Below, one piece after another: positions 1 through 13,400 of a stretch of 64,000 nt of DNA; within the stretch, counting starts at the first letter, position 1; the number at the start of each line of letters is the position of its first letter. This DNA comes from Podospora anserina. Its lineage: Eukaryota. The stretch spans positions 6,696,001 through 6,760,000 of the forward strand of contig CM030332.1 in NCBI GenBank assembly GCA_017654855.1. Reading direction: 5' to 3'. Below the pieces are notes generated by a model that had not been told where the DNA came from, did no database searches, and saw nothing but the letters and a program-made list of their open reading frames with translations. The position numbers and the translations under genes were made by a program.

Positions 1-3000
1 CTATCCATCCAAGTTTTTGCACACAAAAACGTGGCTTACCACGTCTCGGATCCCCGTGCGGTTAGCCCAGCCGGTGATGGTGGTGTGGCATGGCTAGTGA
101 AGTGAGACCATCTTCTGATCCCAGATAAACCGCGAGAATAAATGAGACAACTTCGGCGTAAGGCTATCGCCGCCTCCTGGGGAAGGTCCAAGAGAGATCA
201 AGACAATCATAGGGGCATCTCCGGTCGGGGACCGTCGTCGATGACGTGTCGAAAGGAAAGTACTGGATGGTGACTAGCTTTCTCGGTAAGATCCTCGGAA
301 GCGGAGGGAGGGAAATCAGAGCGAGACCAACCAGCATCACCACGGCCACCCTCCCAGCCCTCTACGCCAGTACGCGGATGGATGGGCGGCCATGCATGCA
401 TGTCTCTCCTTACGCTAACACTGATCATCAGGTTGTTTTTCTTCAACAGCAAGGAGAAACACGCTTGGGTCCTGCCGAACGAGGCCTCTTATTGCATATC
501 TTATGCTTGTCTAGACCCAAAGGCTGCAGGCGTGTGCACGAAGGGGGTTAGATGGGGGTGTGATGGTGGTGTGGAGATGAGGAGGGCTTGTCCTTCCTGT
601 TTGTGCTCGCTGCCTTCAGGTAAGGAGGGGAGAAGGTATATATGATGGATAGTTTAGTCTGAATTGGTCATAACATATAGACGACTAGGAAAGGCGAGAC
701 GAAGGACTGCCATTGCAGCTTGGCCTGCCCTTCACCAACTCCTAGCTCGTCAGGCTGGCTGGGGCTGGTGTCATCATCAGTACCAACTTGGCTTGCTGAC
801 TTCTAATATCGCGAAAGATTCTGCCTATTTAAGGTATGGTCAGCAGCTCACGTCGTAGCCCAGTCGGATTCCACCGAGAACCTGGACGCTCCCCACCTAG
901 CAACATCGTTGGGATGGCGGTATGTGACATCCAGCTCATGCAGAGAAACTATATGACTTGACAAACAAGAAACCGGAACGAAGGGTGGCGTGGTCCAGCG
1001 GCTGCCATGAGACGATAAGCGGCTTGCAAGGGGTGGGTGAGGGGGCAAAGCTACTCCGCTCGACGGCGACCGAGATGGCAGCTGTGAGGGGGGGAGGAGG
1101 AGGGGGTGAAAGAGTAGAGAAGAGATGGGGGGACCCATGACTGGTGATACCATGATGCGTTGGCAACACTATCTTGTTCTCGGAGGGCGGCGGCAGCAGC
1201 GATATCGACTCTATGGAGGCCTGAAGAGGCGACCAGAAGGGAGTATAGCAGCGCTCCGATATAGCCTGCTGCCCAGTACCCACGTTCCCCTCACAACGGA
1301 CTCATTCTTGAGTTCTTGTTCCCCTCATCATAACGAGACCAGCTGCCATAGAGGCCACTTAACTCTGCCGAGCTGACCTGTAATATTAAGCATGATTTGG
1401 TTCCACCAAGCAAGCGTGGTAACTCGTTAAAGAGCAGAGCAACCTGCTCACCTCCTCCCACAAACATGTTGAGTGAGTGGCTGATTTAATGACTAACAGA
1501 AACGTTCCTTGTATCGGAGCCAACTGATTTGAGGCAAGCAGAGAGCGGTATCCGTTTTCGTCCCTCTCTTTCGGTACATGTAATGGCGCAATTCTGTCGA
1601 TCTTTCGAGGAAACAAGCGGGATTTTCGCGTGAGGAAAGATGTATCTTGAAACGAAGTCAAGGGCAAGATGGGAGTGACCTGAGTTGGTGTAGCTCTTCT
1701 GACCAGCTGTCAACTGTCTCGGCACAACAGCCAGCCCTCCGCCTAGCACTGTGGTTGATAGTGATGCATTGTGTGCCAGCACCCCTTCCACAACGATCTC
1801 TTCACGGGTGGCTGCATGTAAGGAATTTGGGCGAGAGTATTGCGCCCTTGGCATCACTGCACATCGCCGTGACTTGAGGTTCCCCCCAGAGTTATCTTGC
1901 CCACTTGCTGCGTCTAGTGGCTGTGGTCTTCCCACACCATGACGAGCAATCGCAGCCACTTTGATAGAGAGCAGTCAATGCGTTAAACTTGGAATCGATA
2001 CAGCGGACATGCCAGAACATGACAGGCCAACACGATGCTGGCACGAGATATCTCTCGCATGGCTGGCAAGCAGAGCCTACCACGTTGAGACAGGAGGTAA
2101 GCAGGGACCGATGTCCACGACTGGGGGAGACGTCCTTGGTTGATCCGCCATTCAACAGTTGGTGACAAAGCCGAGGATCAAAAGCTGGGATATGGGACTG
2201 TACAAGGGCTCAATGAACTGGAAACCAGGCTCGAGCTCCAAGACAGCCCTTGTGGGTGTGGTGAACTCGTGGCAGATTAGCGAGGTGCCGCTTGCTCTCC
2301 CGATGGGTGTGTATTCTGGGACACGGGACATAGGGGTGATCGGGTTGAGATCAGATGTATCGCCCCGCTCGTAGTACTGACTAGACGCCTGGCTGGCGGC
2401 AAGAGAGTGTTCGACGACTGGAGCCAATTTGGTTCTCAGAACCATACCCAAAGGATCTGTGGTACCCTTGACGTCGTAGATAGGATTGGGGCCCAAGAGC
2501 GCGGAGAGAAAACTGTCGAGCTGACCTGACCTTTGATGGACACACCCCTGTAGACTCCCTTGTGTCTGACTGCCGCAAAAATGTTCAGTTTCAGGCGCCC
2601 AGGACGTATCTGATGAAGCATTTGCATTCTGTTTCCAGCGGGGAGTGCACTATGCATAAATCTCGTTTGAGGGCACTGACCCTCACCTGTGTGAGAAACG
2701 GCAGTGAGGGAGGTCGATCAGTGAACCAAGCAAGTACTCCTGTCCAAATCGGGATAGCCACACAGACCTTCTGTCGTCGGTCCGGGCCCTCGGGTTGATC
2801 TTGGCATAGAACCGGATGAACAAGCGCCAACAATCCACCCCATGTCTTCAGATTTCAGTTCCTGAACCACAGTATTGTCTGTGTCGGTAGAGCAGTGGCG
2901 CAAGTCATTCTTGACCAGAGTGGTGTTGATATGGTGTTGATGTGGTGTTGATGTGGTGATGTTGCCGCCGGGGAATGCGTCAAGACAGACAAGCGATTCC

Positions 3001-4269
3001 CAGCAAGGCATCGGTACCACTGCCGACCACAACAATCAGATGTCATTGTGTACACCACTTGTAGAGTCCTCACTGGAGGTGATGTTGTAGGTGACAAGGT
3101 AGCCGGGGCGCTGAGATAAACGGAGAGCAAAACCGCATCTTCTCCCCGATTGAAAAGACGGGAGTGAGTTTTGCTTGCGTAGGTGTTGTTTTGGGATGCA
3201 GGGGGGTGCTTGTTTTGCATGTCTGCGGAAGGAAGCCACCGAACGCCCAGCACACTGTGCCCGTGGAAAACGATGCGGATGACACGCCGTCCAGCTAGAT
3301 TGCTCCCACCAGATTCCCCGCAACCGGGTCCTTCCATACGTGTGGCTTAGTGGCACTTTTCATCATGCAGATGAATCCCAAGACGGTGTGCCGCTTACAC
3401 AACAAGTTATGCGATCTTATGTGTCCACATATGAAAGCCACTCAGCTTTATATACAGGAATTTGTAGTCTAATCGTCGGACGACAGACAGTTAGCAATGA
3501 AGACACGCTTTAACCGCTCAGAGCTCTGTTGGAGAACGTTACCATGACCATCTCGAAGATAACTTTTGGCGCCACCATAACTCATCAAGGAAATTATGTG
3601 GTTGGTGCCAAAAAAGAAAGGTGAAGGATCCTCGGGGAGGACAGACGCGTGAAGTTGGGACATTGCTGTGGGTTCACGGGAATTAAAAAGATCCGATCTG
3701 ATGACGCCTCCTCAGCTCAAGAAAATCCATGAGTGAAGTGTGTTAAACATCAGGCCAGGCGTAGCAGCTCTGGGAAGGAATACCGCAGGATGGTAGGCAG
3801 TGGTTCACCTGAACTTTCCAGCTGTGAACTGAACACGTGAGGTTTGATGGTGGCTTGGAAGCATTGACGATATGAAGTTAGCTAGAAAAGACAATCGCAT
3901 ACCATGATATGAGTATTGTGTATGGTCTGTTCCAGAGGACGCGCACGAGAGAGGCACATCTCGAACAACTGTCTGACGAAGAATTGGAGATGGGAGGTTG
4001 CCTGTCAGCGGCTACAGGTCGTTCCGCAGAACGCGACCCTGGCTTGGCACCGGGTTCCTGAGCCCCACACCCCGCAATGCCAAGCTGTCAGCCAGCCACA
4101 GGATCCACCAGTGGTTCTGAGCTTCAGCCTCATCAAACGGACCAATCCCAGCCCTGCAGTCCAAACCGTCAGGCAACCAACCAACCGCGACTTCAATATC
4201 GACATTTCTGGCATGTTGTTGAGTGAGTGAAGACGACCAACCTCTTCTTCTATCTACTCTCTGGAAACG

Positions 4270-7200
4270 ATGAGTGCCGCGTTTCTGGATAAGTTTATTC
4301 CAGCAGGATGCATTGTCCTTCAAGAAAGAATGCGTCCGGTGTGTCCGAAGGAACTCCAGGTCCAGGATGAATGGCTTCACTTCCGCTCAACTCCAACCGA
4401 CGATAACCCTGAGGATCATAGCTATCTCGAATCGCTGTCACGAGACACATTGATCACTTCAATAATAGGACTGTCGAAAGTGACAATAGACTGCCGGCGT
4501 CTGCTTCGCCATGGCTGGATTCACCTGACCTACAACCACGGCTGCGGTGTTGTTCGAGTTTACGTGCTACCTGACGACGTGGACAACGTGACCATCCCAA
4601 GGGCTAGCTCCATCTTGAAGAAAGATCGACAAAGTTTGCTAAGTCAGTTGGACTATTCGACGGCAACCTGGCATGGACGGCCTACTTGTTTCTTTGTTCC
4701 AACCACCACCCATCCTCCCATGTTTGAGACCGCAGCGTCAAATGCAGAACCGTACCCACCGAACCAGGAACAGTCCCTTCTCGGGATCTTCAGTAGGATT
4801 CCACCCCCAGATCCAAGGCCTGAACAAGTCGAAGATGCCGATGTGTACGACGCTATGTGCTCCCTCCTCGACAGCGATGTTCCCGGCCTGAGGACTACCC
4901 TCTATCCATATCAACGACGATCTGCTGCCCTAATGCTTCAGCGGGAGACACGATCACAACCAGTATTGGACCCACGACTGGTTAAAGTTGTCGATCAGTT
5001 TGGAAAGTCTTGGTACTACGATGCAGTGACTGGCTCCGCCTATCGTGGGCCACGGTACTATGACCGCCCACTTGGAGGAATCCTTGCTGAAGAGATGGGC
5101 TCTGGGAAAACACTGATATGTCTGTCTCTCATTCTTGCTACCAAACATATCCCGACCCGAACGCCAGAAATCTTTCACTCAGAGGCGTCGCCGGTTCGAC
5201 CAACAGTGGGCAGCATGATGGATATGGCTGCAGCTTGCATCACAAAACATTCTATTCCCTGGAAACATCTCCTTGGGAGTGACTCATCAAGCGGGCTTCA
5301 ATTTGCAACCTGTTCTGCTGCTGTTAGACGGAACCCAGGATTCTACCAACTCCCTCCCCAGGGTGGACCTCGGTCAGCACGCCAAAGGGGTTCGACCGAT
5401 ACCTCCATGCGGAAAATCTTCCACAGCAGTGTGTCGCTTGTTCTTGTTCCTCTCAATCTATTACAACAATGGAGGCAAGAAATAGCCAAACACACCGTGG
5501 GACTTAGGGTCATTGTGTGGTCTTCTAGCGAGAACCAGCCTTTGCCCTCTCTTGAAGAGGTACTGGACAGCGACATTCTGCTGCTGTCCACCACGCAGTT
5601 TGAGAACTTGCGGAAGACGGAAAAAGCGGCTTCTGCGCTCAGTATTTTAAAACAGTTGCATTTCAAGCGCTGTATAGTTGATGAAGGTCACACATTGGGT
5701 GGCGCGACAAACTTCAACAAGCGAAACATGCAGCTCATCATCGACGAGCTGCAAATTACAGCAAAATGGATTGCTACGGGCACGCCTTCCAAGGGACTGT
5801 ATGGTCTTGATGCTTCTTCTGACACAGCCAACGGGAGCCGGGATCAATCTCTCGAGAAGATCGACCTGGAGCGGATTGGTTCATTGGCGACGTTTTACTT
5901 GAAGATGCGACCTTGGGCGAACCAGTCGTCCGAGACCGGCGATACACCTGCTCAATGGGCTCATTATGTTACTGCGCGCTGGCCGGGCTTGATTGCCACA
6001 GTGAACAACTGCCTCAAGACTACGCTTGATTCGTTGATAATCCGGCATCCGTTATATGAGCTCGGGAATATCCTTCCGGTGGTTGACAAGAAGGTTGTAT
6101 TTTTGGAGGGCTCTTATCAGGACAGGCTGACACTCAACCTGTTCTCCATGATGATCATCTTCAACGCCGTGCAGTCAGAGAGAACTGATCAGGATTACTT
6201 CTTTCACCCCCGACAGCGAAAGGCTCTATTGGAGCTTGTTGGCAACTTGAGACAGGCAAGTTTCTTTGGCGGCTCATTCTTCTCGCCGGCGCAAATCAGC
6301 AAGTCGATAGAGACCGCAGAGGAGTTTTTGAAGGAAGGCAAAGTACAGGTCAGTGCCGAGGATCGTGCTTTGCTTGGTGAGGCTATCAGCTTTGGTAGAT
6401 TGGCACTCGGAAACACCATCAAGAAATGCGCAAATCGGTTTCGGGACCTCCCCATTTATGTTCAGGACTTTCCGTTTGCTGCAGGTCGGGAGTGGTCCCT
6501 CGATGACGAGGAGGGTGATCCAGTCTGTACGGCTTCTGGAATAATACTAGAGCTACAAAGGTTTCTTGAGCCATTGTTGGATGCACCGACAGCTCTCCAG
6601 ATGATGTTTGCGAATGGACGTCTGGCACTGCGTGGCCAGGAAGGAAGGACAAAGTTGATCGAAGCTCAGATCCCAGCCACTTCGACACCGAACAAAGTAC
6701 TTGCCGGCAATACGGAACTTGGCCAAGATAGCAGTAGCCCCGTCAAACGGCGCGCTACAATATTGGGGAGAAAGGTCCAGATGCAGCAAGCGCCTTCGCT
6801 TCCAACAGCAGAGGTCAAGGGGACAGAAATTGCTGCACCGCTTGCGAAGACTCGGCTCATCTCAACCGCCTCCGCAAAACTGTCATACCTCATCGACCAG
6901 GTGATCAAGTACCAAGAGCATGAACAAATCATCATTTTCTACGAGAATGACAATGTGGCTTACTATCTCGCAGGCGTTCTGGAAATTGTAGGTCTGCCAA
7001 CACTCGTCAAACTAAAAGGCGTTCTACTGACCCAAATACCCACCACAGCTTCAAGTCCAACACCTCATTTACGCGAGAGGTTTGAGTCCACAACGACGCG
7101 CAGACTATGTTGCAACATTTAACCAAAGCTCCAAGTTCAGAGTCTTGCTCATGGACATCACCCAAGCAGCTTTCGGTCTGGACATGAAGTCCGCTTCCAG

Positions 7201-7750
7201 AATCTACTTCATCAATCCGGTTCTTAACCCGCAAGTCGAGGCCCAAGCCATTGGTCGAGCACGACGTATCAGCCAGCAGAAACCCGTCACAGTCGAAACG
7301 TTGGTTCTCAAAGACAGTGTGGAGGAAGTTATTGTTCGACGCCGCAAAGAGATGACACAAGCAGAGCAAAGAAAGTGCAAGTCTATTCTAGACGACAAGC
7401 CCATTTATGAATGGATCCTGAATGCCAAGATCCTTCCATTGCCGGGAGGTGATGGCCAGCCGATTGGAGGACCGGATCAAATGGCGAGGCTGCAAGAGCC
7501 GCAGTTCTTGTTCGGGAGAGGTTCCGGGAGGGAACTGAACCACCCTGATGAAGACATTGTCAAGGCAGATGATGCTGTGGTGCCGGAGAAGATGGATGCC
7601 CCGATCTATAACGGGGTCAATGGGGGTCTGAAGAGAAAGATGATGCCGGTCCAGCCGGCGACGGTTTTTGAGACTTCCAATGGCGTTGAGCGGCCGAAGA
7701 AGAAAGTTCGGGTGGCATTTGTCGGGCTGGACGGTGGTGAAAAGACTTGA
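4270..7750 (+). CDS. SNF2-family helicase-like ATPase (2 exons; intron 6988-7048)
   Basis: LYPYQRRS Q-motif region, Walker A GGILAEEMGSGKT, Walker B CIVDEGH, C-terminal AFGLDM...QAIGRARRISQ helicase motifs. A GTAGGT...CTGAC...CAG intron joins the 950-aa and 222-aa ORFs (VLEI|LQVQHLIYARGLSPQRR). Confidence 0.88.
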
Positions 7751-8424
7751 TCTCTCAGCTGCCTGCTTCATGTTTTCGCGTTGCTGCCATCTCTGTGAGC
7801 CACAGGACTCACTTCGTCTAGACGAACCTGGGTCTGTCAAAGAGCCGAAAAAGGCTTTCCAGGTTCTTTTCAATAAAGCTCAGGCCTAGTAGCTAAGCTA
7901 AAAAGCCACACATGGGCCAGTACAGCGGCTGGCCGTCCAATCAACACATAATCAGCAGTGCCTCTGAGGCATCATGCACCGTGGTGGCTAAGCAGTATGC
8001 GCCAACAAAGAGCGAGGTCAGAGAATCATCAGTTCAGCTATGTTGATGGGATTAAAGGGACATCTTGGTATGGGTAGGGCCGAACGTTTTTCAGCCTAGT
8101 TCGTGGAGCACACCCCCAACTTGGAGAGGCATCATGCGGTCTTGGATTGGGAGTCACCGCGGCATGACACCAAACCTATGACTTCGGTATTCAGAAGAAG
8201 CTTACTTCTCGTGTAACCCCTCGGGCATCGTTCCACTGGGGCGAGGGAGCTTCCCTTTTGAGATTTGTCAGGTGGACCAAAGACTTGTAAGACTACAGAA
8301 CCAATGGAACACAACCCCAGGTTTTTCGCTACGCAAATGTTATGACGCTCGAGATATACACAAAGCCCCACGAGATGGAGGTGCAGAGTACCATCTCAGG
8401 TGTGCATTCATTCCCGTCCCTGAC

Positions 8425-8476
8425 ACCGTCAGGTCCCGTCACCGTCAGGTCCCGTCACCGTCAGGTCCCGTCACCG
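8425..8476. repeat. 16-bp tandem repeat (ACCGTCAGGTCCCGTC) x3 plus a partial copy
   Basis: Three identical copies visible directly. Confidence 0.95.
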
Positions 8477-9914
8477 CTTCTGGGGTTGCAGTTGATGATG
8501 ATGGTTGTGTTTCTATCCAGTTGCATGTGCGCGGGAAAGATATGTATCTTCCCTGCGGGCCAGGCCGGTGGCGATTCACAGTAGCCATCAGAGTTGCCAG
8601 TTGCTGAGAGATAGGCGTTTACGCCATTTGCTCGTGAGCACCTTCAGATTGCCCATGTTTAGGTTCAGCCTTTCAGCCACAACCAAGATGCCACATCCAT
8701 CCCGTCACCGCTGTCGCTTTGTCGCCAAGTTGGTTAAAGATCGCAGAATTGGCCCCCTAGATCGACACATGCATTAGTGTAGTGAATACGAAGTGTGTGT
8801 GGGCGCCTGCCGAGTCTCGAGTCTTCCCCCAACCTCTTGTTTGTTGCGCGCAAACAGAATTTCCCGTTACAATTTGTAAATTTGGTTTTTTTTGGGCCCG
8901 TCGAAAAGGTCCCAAACCTGATTCTTGTGCATCCACGTTTTCGTGGTGGACCCCACCATCAAGCCCCATTAACCAGCCCCTCCTTTGGTGGGTGGATTGG
9001 TTTGATGGTGAGAGCCACGTTTGGGAAGGCTCTGCAACTGGCACGGATGCCGTTTCTTCAGGTAAAGTTTCTTCAGGAATCTGAAGAAGGGCTAGAAATA
9101 GCTATGCTATTCGAAACAAGTCAACAAACAACCTTAAAAACCCCCTGGCGAGTTCCCGGACACCAAGCTCGATCTGGCGAGTTCGAGTGGAGATCCCCCG
9201 TACAGCGCATCGCAACCATCCCATCTCACCGTGCAGTAGCACTTGCTTGCATCGCGGCGCTAGACACAACAGACAACACAGGGCCGTATTGTCATCTCAT
9301 CACCACATCCACTGACAGCAGCTTTGCGGCGACACAAGGGGCAAAGAAGCAGCCAAGTTGAATTCAGCCGCCCCAGGGTCGGGGTGCTGCAAGTGTGGGT
9401 AGTGCCTACCAACCACACGCCCCCCCCCCTAATACCGGGCATACCCCATTATCCAAGATCGGGGCAGGAGCATAAGGCTCATGATGACCCCGCCGGTCCA
9501 GTAACGCAGCAAGAATGAGATGCATGTGGACTGTGGACAGATTGTTTCGCATCGCGTGGTGTGCGTGGGAACCAAGCAATCAACACCTCCTTCCCGAGCC
9601 GAGCCAGCAAGCAAGGACACAAGCGAGGACAAGCATCTCAGGCAAGGTCGGTATTTGGTTTTTATGAAACCGTATTCCCACTACCTTTCTTCTCACGCTC
9701 CTTTTGTGGTTCCAAAGGGTTTGTGTCCTCCCTTGTCCCTCCAACGACCCGGATATTTTAATCGAGATCGCACAACGGGAAAAGAGAAAACTGCCGACGC
9801 TTCCATGGTGGTGGTGCAAAAGCCGCGCATGACAACAGAAACTCGGTACCTTATCCATTCACATTCGACGACCCGGCGACACAAGAAGCTGGACTTGACT
9901 CGCCTGCCTGCCTA

Positions 9915-9940
9915 CCTGACTGACTGACTGACTGACTGAC
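9915..9940. repeat. (CTGA)n microsatellite preceded by (GCCT)n
   Basis: gcctgcctgcctacctgactgactgactgactgactgac. Confidence 0.9.
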
Positions 9941-10495
9941 ATCCACGCGACCGAGCCATTGCGCAAACCAGGCACAAAAACCGTCTCTGATTCATCATCA
10001 TTATTCTAACCCACCTGTTGGATGCATGAACGGCTCCGGTGACTGACCGACATTGTTGAAGAGGCGGGTAAGGTGGGAAGAAAGTTTGGAGACAACACGA
10101 AAAAGGAGGGGCGGGAAAGAAGCGGGGTGGTGGGTTTTGTGGAAGAAGCAGGAAACATCTTCAACTCGGGACATAATATTCCTCGGCCGTCGACCTCTCT
10201 TCTTTGCGCGCGCGTGCTTCGATCTTTGACGCCAGCCTGGGGCGCGATATACGAAAACACGAAACTGCGGCTGAATAGGATCGGGTTCTCTCTCTCTCTT
10301 TGTTGGGCCCGGACCGGCAACTCTGTGTTGTGGCGTTTAGTCCGTGTGCATATCCAACGGTCCGATCAAGAGTGCGAGTAGGGAGACAATAAGGTACTGA
10401 CCAACATTATCGAGACCGACAATTTCAACAACAGGGCAAACCCATGATACGCCCACGACACTCGTTTGAGTTCCAATCTCATAATCGTTGCCAAT

Positions 10496-13400
10496 ATGAA
10501 CGGCAATGATACACCAAAATCACGACCGCGGTCATCGTCGATATCTTCGATAAAGTCTTGGTCGCCGTTCAAGAAGAGACGCAATAGTGAAAGCGAGGCT
10601 CCGGTTATCGTTCAGGATGTCGAAAAGAAACCCAGTGCCGGGACAGGTAGCCGCAGGAGCTCTTTTTCCCTTTCCCGGAGCTCCTTTTCGCTGTCCCGAA
10701 GCAATACTGCCGAAAAGACCATAGTCACGACGACCATGGCGAAACGACAAGAGCTGGCCGAGCTTTCGAAGACGCTGACGAATTCATATGGGTTTTCGAC
10801 GCCCGAGACCAAGACCGGGAATGGGAGTGCACGTCCTGAGATGGCAGCGGGTACCAGCGCGGGCGCTGCAGCTGCTAAGAATAACAACCGCAGGTCAGGA
10901 ACTTCTCGGTGAGTGCGGTTTTCTTCCTGCTGTTGTTTTCTGTCGCTTTCAGCCCATCAGCTTCCATTTCGTATCAGCTGGTCATTATTTCCCCCCTACG
11001 CAAAGTTGCAATCGATATCACTCGGCGATGTGGCGTCTGGTGGACGTTGTGGAACATGCAATCGTTTTATGGAAGAACAATAGGGAAAACCTCCGTTGGG
11101 CATGGTGTCATCATTCCTCTCGGCACTCGGAAGTCCCCCTGTCGCTGGGCCTGGGGGCTAGTGCCCCACGCTGGACTTCCAGGTTTGGGCGAAACCCCAA
11201 GCCCGGCAGGTCGGCAGCCTACTTCAAAGTATTTTTACATTCTTTTGTTGCTCTTTGCATGTTTCACAAGCCCATTGAGCCTTGCATGTTCTATTGGCTT
11301 TTTTGCTCGGTTTGCTGTCAAGGCTGGCTTGGTGACACACCCCCTTTTCATCTGCTATCCAGCTATTCGAGCACTGATGCCGCAGCAACGCAGCGTGTGA
11401 ACGCTTCCGCGCGCAATTTCCACCATCTGGCTAGTGGCGCCATGTCGAGCCTCTGAGTGCCCAGACACAATCCCACCCCAAAAGTTCAAAGCGGTTAGCG
11501 CTTGGCAGGGTCCTCAGCAAGCGCTGAAGCTGACCGTCTTTCCTGACTTCTTGATTCGGAATGCAGCGCTCTTGGTTCTTGGTTCTTGGTTCTTGGTTCT
11601 TGGAGCCTTGGATGTGGTGGTGATGGTGGGATGGATTTGGAAGCACATGCAGGAACCGCTGGGCCATCAAAGCCGCGCTTCTCCTCTTTGTACCCACAGA
11701 CAGCCAGACAGGTGTTGGATCTGTTGATCCCACGCTTCTCTTGTTTCTTTGTTTGACCGTTCCCAACGCCTGTCATATCCTTATTTGTCCGAGATCTGCA
11801 TGGTTATCCTTCCCAAGTGTTCATTTTAAACGCGCGACTTGGCCCACCACCAGCCTTGCCTATGACCTTCTTGGCTGATTTCCCCTTTCTTCGCTTGTAC
11901 TTTCGTTGAATATTATAAGAGATCATTGTTGTGCCGATTATTAACTCCTGTAGACCTCCGCCTTCCTTTTACAACAGACCCTACAATCAGCGAATCGTTT
12001 CGATTACGCCCGTCTCCTCCCAGCGGCCCTCCCACCGGTCTTTTCACAGCTCCCCGGACATTCTCACGCAGGCGGATAAGTCGGATAAGAGGGACAGAAG
12101 AGACAAGGAGGACAAGCCAGAGGATGATGATATTCGACTGAAACCACCTGCTCCGCGCGTCAAGCCAACAGTGGTAAACACGCCTTTACCACCTGTTTCT
12201 CAGCCCAAGCAGTCTGATATTCGTCCGATGACGACAGCCGCCCCGATATCGCCAAGTCGACCGTGGGCAGGAGGGATTCCCTTGGCGATGTATCCGCCAA
12301 ACGACCAGGAGTTCGTTCTGAGGACGCAGAGAGCAAGTGCAAGGATACAAGAAATTACCAATGGATACGGGAAGCCCGAGGGCGGGGCCTGTATTAGCGG
12401 CTCGCCCACGGATGGCGTACCCACGACCCACAAACCGACAGTCCAGCTTGGTGGCAACACCAGCTCAGCTTTGAATGGTACGGCGGAACGATCGGGGTGG
12501 TATGATCGACCAAGACGCCTGTCCGACAACAGCGAGGCCAGCAGCACGGTAGCCAGCAGTGCTGTTTTTGACGGTGAGAGTTTTGATGGACGGATACGTA
12601 CCATGTCGATGAGCAGCAGTCATACGAGCGTCGATTCTTATCCGATCGGAGGTCCACAGTCACCAGCAGCTCAGCCAAGATGGCAGACACCGTCAAACAC
12701 GCCGCTCATCATGGGAGCTGGAAACGCTGTGGGGCCATGCGCACAGTCCTACCCGTGGCAAAAACCAGCACCAATCAAGCAGTATCGAAAAAAGGCACAG
12801 GGAGAGCTATTTGCGGCATTGCCGGGCGAAGTGTTGGAGCTGATGCTGGAAGAGTTGCGCAAGCTGCATCTTGGCCAGGGCCGGAATAGTTGTGCTACTT
12901 GCTGGATGCGCGATTGCTGCTCGGTTGCCCTCAGCGCTCGCAAGTGTCTCAAGTATGCTCGGGAGGCCTTGTATGGGCACATTCACATTGTGGGACATGA
13001 GGGCCCGGCCATCAAGAAGCGGACAAAGACGACGTACGGGTCGAGATTGATCTTGCTGAGGCGGACTCTGAGGTCAAACGCTCAGATTGCGGTGATTGTT
13101 CGGTCGCTGAAGCCACCTGCATTGCCTCAGGGGGTTGGGTTGACAGAGTACAATGATTTGATTGCGTCGGTGATCATGGCATGTCCCAGCCTGGAGCGGC
13201 TTATTGGATATCACCCGACGTACAACCACTCTTTCCAGAGGATATTCCAGGCACTCTCCACGCGACCCAAGCTGAAGGAGATGAGCTGGATTTTGGAACC
13301 GTCACCGTCACAACAACAGCAGCGGTCACGACCGGGCGGTCCATATAGCCACTGGGGCCCGGTAGATCTCACACGGCAGGAAGCCCAGGGATTCTTGGAT

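Noticed and set aside
1..4200. Many short ORFs, including minus-strand 1486-1959 and 2152-2496, possibly a decayed gene
   Set aside because: No recognisable domain, consistent splice pattern or codon bias; cannot be supported without a homology search.
8425..8476. Tandem repeats as a CRISPR array
   Set aside because: No spacers, no cas genes, and a eukaryotic context.
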